From: Sedimentisphaerales bacterium
GTDB taxonomy: Bacteria > Planctomycetota > Phycisphaerae > Sedimentisphaerales > SM23-30
NCBI GenBank assembly: GCA_963666285.1
Contig: OY762711.1
DNA: 64,000 nt
Direction: 5' to 3' (one strand)
This document shows, piece by piece, positions 58,311-64,000 of the stretch. The stretch's first letter is position 1. Each line of letters begins with the position of its first letter. Below the pieces are notes generated by a model, which saw only the letters and a list, made by a program, of their open reading frames with translations, was not told the origin of the DNA and ran no database searches. The translations under genes were made by a program, and so were the position numbers.

Positions 58311-59480
58311 TCAAATGTATTCTATTCGCACTTCTTTCAGATACTTGTTTTCTAAAATTTCTGCTATCTTTTTGATAATATTTCGCCTTATGTCAAGATC
58401 AGCCGGCAAGGTCGGATCCTGGTGGGCCTCGTTTACCTTCGTACCAACACAAAAATCAATAATATCGTGATTCTTGATATGCTCGATCATCTCTGATGCC
58501 GGAGAACCATCTTCACCTCCGCGCTCGAGAAGAGAACATACCCTGGTAAGTGTAAGGATACCTTCTGTTACCAGGTCGGCACCTTTCATTACAGAAACTG
58601 CCGGCAAACCGGCACGAGATCTCAGTTCTGTCTTTATATCAAGTTTCAGCTCTCTTGCCAGGATATTCGATGTCGTGCCGCCGCAGACTATTTTTGAGCC
58701 CTGATAACCGGTATATTTAGAGGCCCAGTAGCTGTCCTGACTCTCACGGAACGGAGGGCCTGTCATTATCATAAGCTTGCGCGGTCTGCGATAGTAAACC
58801 ACCGCACATGACATATCATCATGCGGCAGATTACCAGGCTCATAACGCAACGCCTGCTTGATCACCCGGTTTACCAGAACCCTGGCTGACAATTCCGGAT
58901 TTTCTGCCAGCTGGTCTTTTACAAATTCTACACAGCCTTTCCTGCGCCAGCCCAGTTTATGCTCTTCCGAACCAAGACCAGCCTGGGTTATTCCATCAGA
59001 AAACATAATTATCCGGTCGCCGGGGCGGGTTTTAAACCTGCTTATCTTTATTGAACGGTTCTGCCATTCTTCAAACTTCAGTTCACGGGTATCACATTCA
59101 ACTTCCTGGCCGTCACGGATAAAAATAAATGATGGGTTACCCATCTCTACAACACGCGTTTCACCGTTCAAGGTTGAATCGATAATCGTATATGTTGCAT
59201 AGCTTATTTTTCGTTCCAGGCAAACCGGCAAGGCATCCATCATAACACCAAGAGCCTTGGGCAGCTCGATTTCAGATGCGATAAACTTCTCGGCCATTGT
59301 CGCGGTCATCTTAGACAATATTGCAGCCTTTACACCACTGCCCAGGCCATCAGACAGCACAACAATATTCCTCTGCTGCTGACTGTATTTGCTGGCAATA
59401 ACAGAATCTCCGCAAATACCCTGCCGATCTTTCATGCGGCTTAGCCATTCAACTTCAACAAATATAGGTGCGCTCATCAT
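58311..59480 (-). CDS. SpoIIE/PP2C-family serine phosphatase (HfsC-like)
   Basis: ICGD, VLSDGLGSGVKA, FSDGITQ, DDMS, CGGTTS, VTEGILTL, NEAHQDP. Confidence 0.92.
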   Translation of the reverse strand: MMSAPIFVEVEWLSRMKDRQGICGDSVIASKYSQQQRNIVVLSDGLGSGVKAAILSKMTATMAEKFIASEIELPKALGVMMDALPVCLERKISYATYTIIDSTLNGETRVVEMGNPSFIFIRDGQEVECDTRELKFEEWQNRSIKISRFKTRPGDRIIMFSDGITQAGLGSEEHKLGWRRKGCVEFVKDQLAENPELSARVLVNRVIKQALRYEPGNLPHDDMSCAVVYYRRPRKLMIMTGPPFRESQDSYWASKYTGYQGSKIVCGGTTSNILARELKLDIKTELRSRAGLPAVSVMKGADLVTEGILTLTRVCSLLERGGEDGSPASEMIEHIKNHDIIDFCVGTKVNEAHQDPTLPADLDIRRNIIKKIAEILENKYLKEVRIEYI

Positions 59481-61204
59481 AACTGTTCCCTTTCCGGGTC
59501 CGGCTGATCATCTTCATAGCTGTAGGCAATAGAATTCAACAGGATTTCCGTATCTGCCATATGTTCGCCAAGACTGCTGGCTATGTTCTGAACCGTAGCC
59601 AGGTTTTTCCGCAGTACCTCTCGTGCCTTGCGAGCTATCTGCTGACGCTGCCATTGAACCTCTGTCACATCCTGGATAACAGCACCAACGGTCTCGTTTT
59701 TCTGGATAGAAAATATCGTAAGGTTAAATATCCTGCCGTCGCAATCATATCGCTCCCTGCATATATCATCACCGGTATGCAGAACCAGCCTGAAAAGGTC
59801 GCCAAAAGGAACAATCGAATTAAGCTTTGCATTCTCTAAGTTATCTAGAGCATCAAATGTCACCCTGGTATCATCGTCAAACATCTCCGCAAAGGGACGA
59901 TTACATTCTATTATCTCAAGTTTGCGGTTTACTATAACAACACCTGAAGGCATTGAACGGAGTAAGGCATTGGCTTTACGCTGGGCCTTGATACGCATAT
60001 AAGAAACACACATCTCGGATTCGGCCTTGCCCTGGAGCATTGCCGCGGCAAATTCCCTGCAGGTCTCATAGCCGCAGCCGCCGCAGTTCAGTTCGTCCTG
60101 CTGACTGTGTTTATTAAGGCTGACCAATACTGTTTGAATTTTCTGATCTGTAAACACCGGCGCAGAAACATATTCCCTGCCGTAATGCGTTTTAATGTCC
60201 AGATCAACAGCTTTATTACCTGTTTTTTGTTCGGTTAATATTTCCACATTTTTTATCACGGAAAGCCTTTTACTGATTCCCGCCTTTTGCGGACAAATAG
60301 TACCCGGTCCGTTAATACAGCCGCCGGCACAGGCAAGTGCTTCAAGAAAAACAGGCTTGTCTATATTTGTCTTCGTCAAACCTTCAAGCTCTCTAATAAT
60401 ATTGTCCAGGCCAGAGATACTAATATTTTCGACATTATTTTTTTCAAGGGTTCTTATCATTCCGCCTTCAAGGGGATAAAACATCCCCTCCCTGGCTTTA
60501 CCAAAGATATGAACTTCCTTATGATGAGAACTGCCGCTTCCCAAAGCAATGCCGGCTTCTGTCAGCAAACTATTCAGGTCAGCAAATGTCAGGGCTAAAT
60601 TGAGTAATTCCGGATTCCGGTCTGCTTCAATTTTCTTGGCAGCACAAGGGCCGAAAAATACCACCTTATACTCATCGCCATAATTCTGCTTTATCATCTT
60701 GCAGTGAGCCAGCAGTGGAGAATACAAAGATGTAATATTATCACTCAAGCCCGGCGTATACTTTTTAACCCATTCCACTACCGCGGGACATGCAGATGAG
60801 ATATATAGTTTATTTTCCCAGTTTGGCATATCCTTCATCAGCTCGCCGGATACCACTTCTGCCCCTAAAGCCGTCTCGCTAACTCCTGCGAAGCCAAGCT
60901 CGCCAAGAGCGGCAGCCATATCTTCAAGGCTGACATCTGGAAATTCACTTACCCAACTGGGTGCAAGCGAAACAAATACCGGGGTGCTTTTGAGTAAATA
61001 TCTCAGGCGATTAACATCATCTCTGATATGCTTGGCACCAACAGGACAAACCTCTACACAATGACCACAGCCAACACAATATTCCGGAAGAACATTGGCA
61101 AGGTTATTCTCTATCTGGATAGCCTTTACCGGACATTCCCGAACACATTTGTAGCAATCCTGACATTGTGCCAGCGCTGTATATACTGGAAATTTGTGGT
61201 CCAT
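59477..61204 (-). CDS. Sensory [FeFe]-hydrogenase with FeS and PAS domains (HydS/HfsB-like, group C)
   Basis: CQDCYKCVRECP, CVGCGHC; altered H-cluster motifs SSACPA, GPCAAKKIE, EALACAGGCING; NCGGCGYETC; C-terminal PAS (MPSGVVIVN). Confidence 0.92.
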   Translation of the reverse strand: MDHKFPVYTALAQCQDCYKCVRECPVKAIQIENNLANVLPEYCVGCGHCVEVCPVGAKHIRDDVNRLRYLLKSTPVFVSLAPSWVSEFPDVSLEDMAAALGELGFAGVSETALGAEVVSGELMKDMPNWENKLYISSACPAVVEWVKKYTPGLSDNITSLYSPLLAHCKMIKQNYGDEYKVVFFGPCAAKKIEADRNPELLNLALTFADLNSLLTEAGIALGSGSSHHKEVHIFGKAREGMFYPLEGGMIRTLEKNNVENISISGLDNIIRELEGLTKTNIDKPVFLEALACAGGCINGPGTICPQKAGISKRLSVIKNVEILTEQKTGNKAVDLDIKTHYGREYVSAPVFTDQKIQTVLVSLNKHSQQDELNCGGCGYETCREFAAAMLQGKAESEMCVSYMRIKAQRKANALLRSMPSGVVIVNRKLEIIECNRPFAEMFDDDTRVTFDALDNLENAKLNSIVPFGDLFRLVLHTGDDICRERYDCDGRIFNLTIFSIQKNETVGAVIQDVTEVQWQRQQIARKAREVLRKNLATVQNIASSLGEHMADTEILLNSIAYSYEDDQPDPEREQL

Positions 61205-61344
61205 AATCTATATCTCACCTTAACTGCTTGTTAAACGTACTTATACTGATCAATAAACAACTGTATCAATATAAAACAAAATTCACATCACACAAAAATG
61301 CCAGAAATAAGGTAACAGAGTGAGACTATCTACTTTCTACTCTA

Positions 61345-61584
61345 TCATTCCATCATTGAATTCAGGACATCAAGCAGCGTTCCGCTATCTACCCCAAACA
61401 AGGTTTTGGCATCCACGGTTATTACCGGCCCCTTCGCACAATTCGATTCGCAGCGGCTGCCTACCAGTTCGATTTCAGCTTCCAGCTTGTTATCACTGAT
61501 AAATGACTCTATCAACTCCAGGTTATGTTCGTTGCCCCTGGAAAAACATGAGCTGCCCATACATATTGTAATTTTATGTTTCAT
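61345..61584 (-). CDS. Thioredoxin-like [2Fe-2S] ferredoxin (HfsA-like)
   Basis: ICMGSSCFSRGN...CESNCAKGP. Confidence 0.9.
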   Translation of the reverse strand: MKHKITICMGSSCFSRGNEHNLELIESFISDNKLEAEIELVGSRCESNCAKGPVITVDAKTLFGVDSGTLLDVLNSMME

Positions 61585-61606
61585 TGGAAAAGTAAAGGTA
61601 AATGTA

Positions 61607-61647
61607 TGTTTATGCCCTATACAGGTTAACTGTATAAGGCATAAACA
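61607..61647 (-). other. Long RNA hairpin between adhE and the hfs cluster
   Basis: TGTTTATGCCTTATACAG-TTAAC-CTGTATAGGGCATAAACA on the minus strand: 18-bp stem with one G-U pair and no clean U-tract. Confidence 0.6.
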
Positions 61648-61703
61648 AGCTACACAAGTAATTAATAGAAGTAATCCGTATTATTTTTCAGAACCAGTTA
61701 CAT

Positions 61704-63998
61704 TTATTTCCGCTCAGTTTCATTTGGTCTGAACGCACTCATGTACAGTTCCTTGATTTCTCCGATCAGCGGATACCTTGGATTACATCCGGTACACTGA
61801 TCGTCAAATGCCATCTCACTCAGCTCATCCAGAGACGTAGAAAATTCCTTATCGTCAACACCGGCATCATAGATACACATCGGGATATCCAGCTGTACCT
61901 TCAGATTATTGATAGCCTCGATCAGAGCATCTACCAGTTCATCATCGGTCTTGCCTTTCAGTTCCAGGTATCGGGCGACACGGGCGTAACGACTCTTGGC
62001 ATCCGGATATTCATACTGAGAAAACGCTGCCTGCTTAGTTGGATTGTCTGAGGCATTAAACTTGATCACTTCATTGATCAGTAATGCATTCGCCAAACCA
62101 TGCGGCAGATGGAAGCGTGCTCCAAGTTTGTGTGCCATAGAATGACAGATTCCAAGGAACGCATTTGCAAAGGCCATACCGGCCATAGTTGCGGCATTGT
62201 GTACTTTTTCGCGGGCCTGGACATCGTTCATGCCGTTGGTATATGCCTTAGGCAGATACTTAAACAGTATGCGAATTGATTCCAGGGCCATCGCATTAGT
62301 ATAGTCTGTTGCGGTAACAGCTACCATCGCTTCCAGGGCATGAGTAAGTGCATCAATACCAGAAAAAGCTGTAAGCGATTTCGGCATACTCATCACCAGG
62401 TCGGCATCACAGATAGCAATATCAGGAGTCAGCTCATAGTCGGCTATCGGGTACTTCTTGCCGGTGGCATCGTCTGTTACAACCGCAAACGGGGTAACCT
62501 CACTGCCGGTACCTGATGTGGTCGGTATCGCTACCATAGTAGCCTTGCGACCCAGTTCTGGGAACTTGAATACTTTCTTACGCATATCCATAAAACGCAT
62601 TGCGATATCTTCAAATTCTACGCCAGGCGCTTCATACATCAGCCACATAATCTTGGCCGCGTCCATCGGACTGCCGCCGCCGACTGCTATGATCACATCC
62701 GGGTCAAATGTCTGCATGCGTTTAACACCGGCAAGTGTAGTGGTTATATCCGGGTCTGGTAATACATCGTAAAATACATCTGTTTCAATGCCCATGCCGT
62801 CAAGAATGTCTGTAACCTTATCAACAATACCGAGGTCAAACAGTGGCTTGTCAGTTACAACAAACGCCTTCTTTTTACCTGCCAGGTCGCCCAAAGCTAC
62901 CGGCAGACAACCGCGTTTGAAGTAGATCTTTTCCGGAACGCGGAACCATAGCATATTTTCACGACGTTCTGAAATTGTCTTGATGTTCAGCAGGTGTTTG
63001 ACACCTACGTTTTCACTTACTGCGTTTCCGCCCCAGCTGCCGCAGCCAAGAGTCAAAGATGGTTCCAGGCGGAAATTATATATATCGCCAATAGCTCCCT
63101 GGCTGGACGGCTGATTGATCAGTACCCTGCCGGTATCCATCATCTCGCCAAACTGCTCGATACGGTCAACATTCTTAAGATCGGTATATAAAACTGCGGT
63201 ATGACCTCTTCCGCCAAACTGGACCAGCTCTTCTGCCTTGGCAAATGCTGCCTGATAGTCTTTTGCCTTGTACATAGCCAATACCGGAGAAAGCTTCTCG
63301 ATACTGAAAGCTTCATCTGTACCAACTTTTTCTACTTCTCCGATCAGCACCTTGGTTTTGTCCGGCACTGTAATACCTGCTAATCCAGCAATCTTAACAG
63401 CAGGCTGGCCAACAATATTTGCATTAAGCTTACCATCATGTGCAATTACCTTTCTAACTGCATCTTTTTCCTTGTTATTCAGAATATATGCTCCCCGTTT
63501 GAGGAACTCATCTCTAACAGCATTATAAACTTCTTCTGCGACAACGACTGATTGCTCTGATGCACAAATCATACCGTTATCGAAAGTTTTACTGACAAGG
63601 ACAGAGTTTACAGCCATCGGGATATTCGCTGTCTCATCTATTACCGCCGGGGTATTACCGGCACCAACACCTATAGCCGGTTTACCGGAAGAGTAAGCGG
63701 CGTGAACCATTCCCGGCCCGCCGGTCGCCAGTACCATATCTACATTCGCCATCAAATATTTGCTCGCTTCGACTGACGGCTCATCTATCCATGCGATTAT
63801 GTCTTTAGGGGCTCCCGCCTTAACCGCGGCATGTAAAACTAACTTCGCCGCCTCGATTGTACATTTTTTCGCACGTGGATGTGGTGAAAAGATGATCGCA
63901 TTTCTGGTTTTCAAAGCAATTAAAGACTTGAAAATGGCGGTAGATGTAGGGTTAGTGGTCGGCACCACACCAGCCAAAACACCTATTGGTTCGGCAAC
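61704..63998 (-). CDS. adhE: Bifunctional acetaldehyde-CoA/alcohol dehydrogenase, 5'-truncated by the window edge
   Basis: PTTNPTST, GVGAGN, FDNGMICASEQ, LTLGCGSWGGN, GGGSPMDAAK, HSMAHKLG...HGLANA. Frame open to the window end (VAEPIGVLAG). Confidence 0.97.
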   Translation of the reverse strand, partial: VAEPIGVLAGVVPTTNPTSTAIFKSLIALKTRNAIIFSPHPRAKKCTIEAAKLVLHAAVKAGAPKDIIAWIDEPSVEASKYLMANVDMVLATGGPGMVHAAYSSGKPAIGVGAGNTPAVIDETANIPMAVNSVLVSKTFDNGMICASEQSVVVAEEVYNAVRDEFLKRGAYILNNKEKDAVRKVIAHDGKLNANIVGQPAVKIAGLAGITVPDKTKVLIGEVEKVGTDEAFSIEKLSPVLAMYKAKDYQAAFAKAEELVQFGGRGHTAVLYTDLKNVDRIEQFGEMMDTGRVLINQPSSQGAIGDIYNFRLEPSLTLGCGSWGGNAVSENVGVKHLLNIKTISERRENMLWFRVPEKIYFKRGCLPVALGDLAGKKKAFVVTDKPLFDLGIVDKVTDILDGMGIETDVFYDVLPDPDITTTLAGVKRMQTFDPDVIIAVGGGSPMDAAKIMWLMYEAPGVEFEDIAMRFMDMRKKVFKFPELGRKATMVAIPTTSGTGSEVTPFAVVTDDATGKKYPIADYELTPDIAICDADLVMSMPKSLTAFSGIDALTHALEAMVAVTATDYTNAMALESIRILFKYLPKAYTNGMNDVQAREKVHNAATMAGMAFANAFLGICHSMAHKLGARFHLPHGLANALLINEVIKFNASDNPTKQAAFSQYEYPDAKSRYARVARYLELKGKTDDELVDALIEAINNLKVQLDIPMCIYDAGVDDKEFSTSLDELSEMAFDDQCTGCNPRYPLIGEIKELYMSAFRPNETERK

Positions 63999-64000
63999 CT

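Overview
Chromosomal window from an anaerobic, fermentative planctomycete, most likely Phycisphaerae/Sedimentisphaerales-like. The assignment is inferred from a LEPR-XLL giant protein, a prepilin-type H-X9-DG protein and a BamB/PQQ-like propeller. Left half (1-36 kb): a 5'-truncated HEAT-repeat protein, a GH2-like/beta-propeller fusion, etfB-etfA-acyl-CoA dehydrogenase, der, mutM, nnrD, a Zn-dehydrogenase plus an inositol-monophosphatase/class IV aminotransferase fusion, a 4483-aa surface protein with a C-terminal metzincin motif, and a cysteine desulfurase. A composite intergenic repeat (hairpin + GTATTAG heptamers + GC mini-hairpin) occurs three times. At tRNA-Ala(GGC) (36331-36403) a ~20-kb tandem array of three integrase-less cargo modules begins, delimited by a 39/40 and a 26/35 copy of the tRNA 3' half and by shared right-end sequences. 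Module 1 is an AraC/aldehyde-reductase module. Module 2 is a TetR-controlled seven-enzyme operon (UbiA, radical SAM, DAG-kinase-like, ThiL-like, OYE, serine-palmitoyltransferase-like, extended SDR) that looks like an undescribed lipid or small-molecule pathway. Module 3 is an ArsR-ArsP-thioredoxin-CcdA module. The right end carries adhE (truncated by the window edge) directly followed by an hfs-type sensory [FeFe]-hydrogenase cluster. No CRISPR array, integrase, transposase, rRNA or reverse transcriptase was seen.
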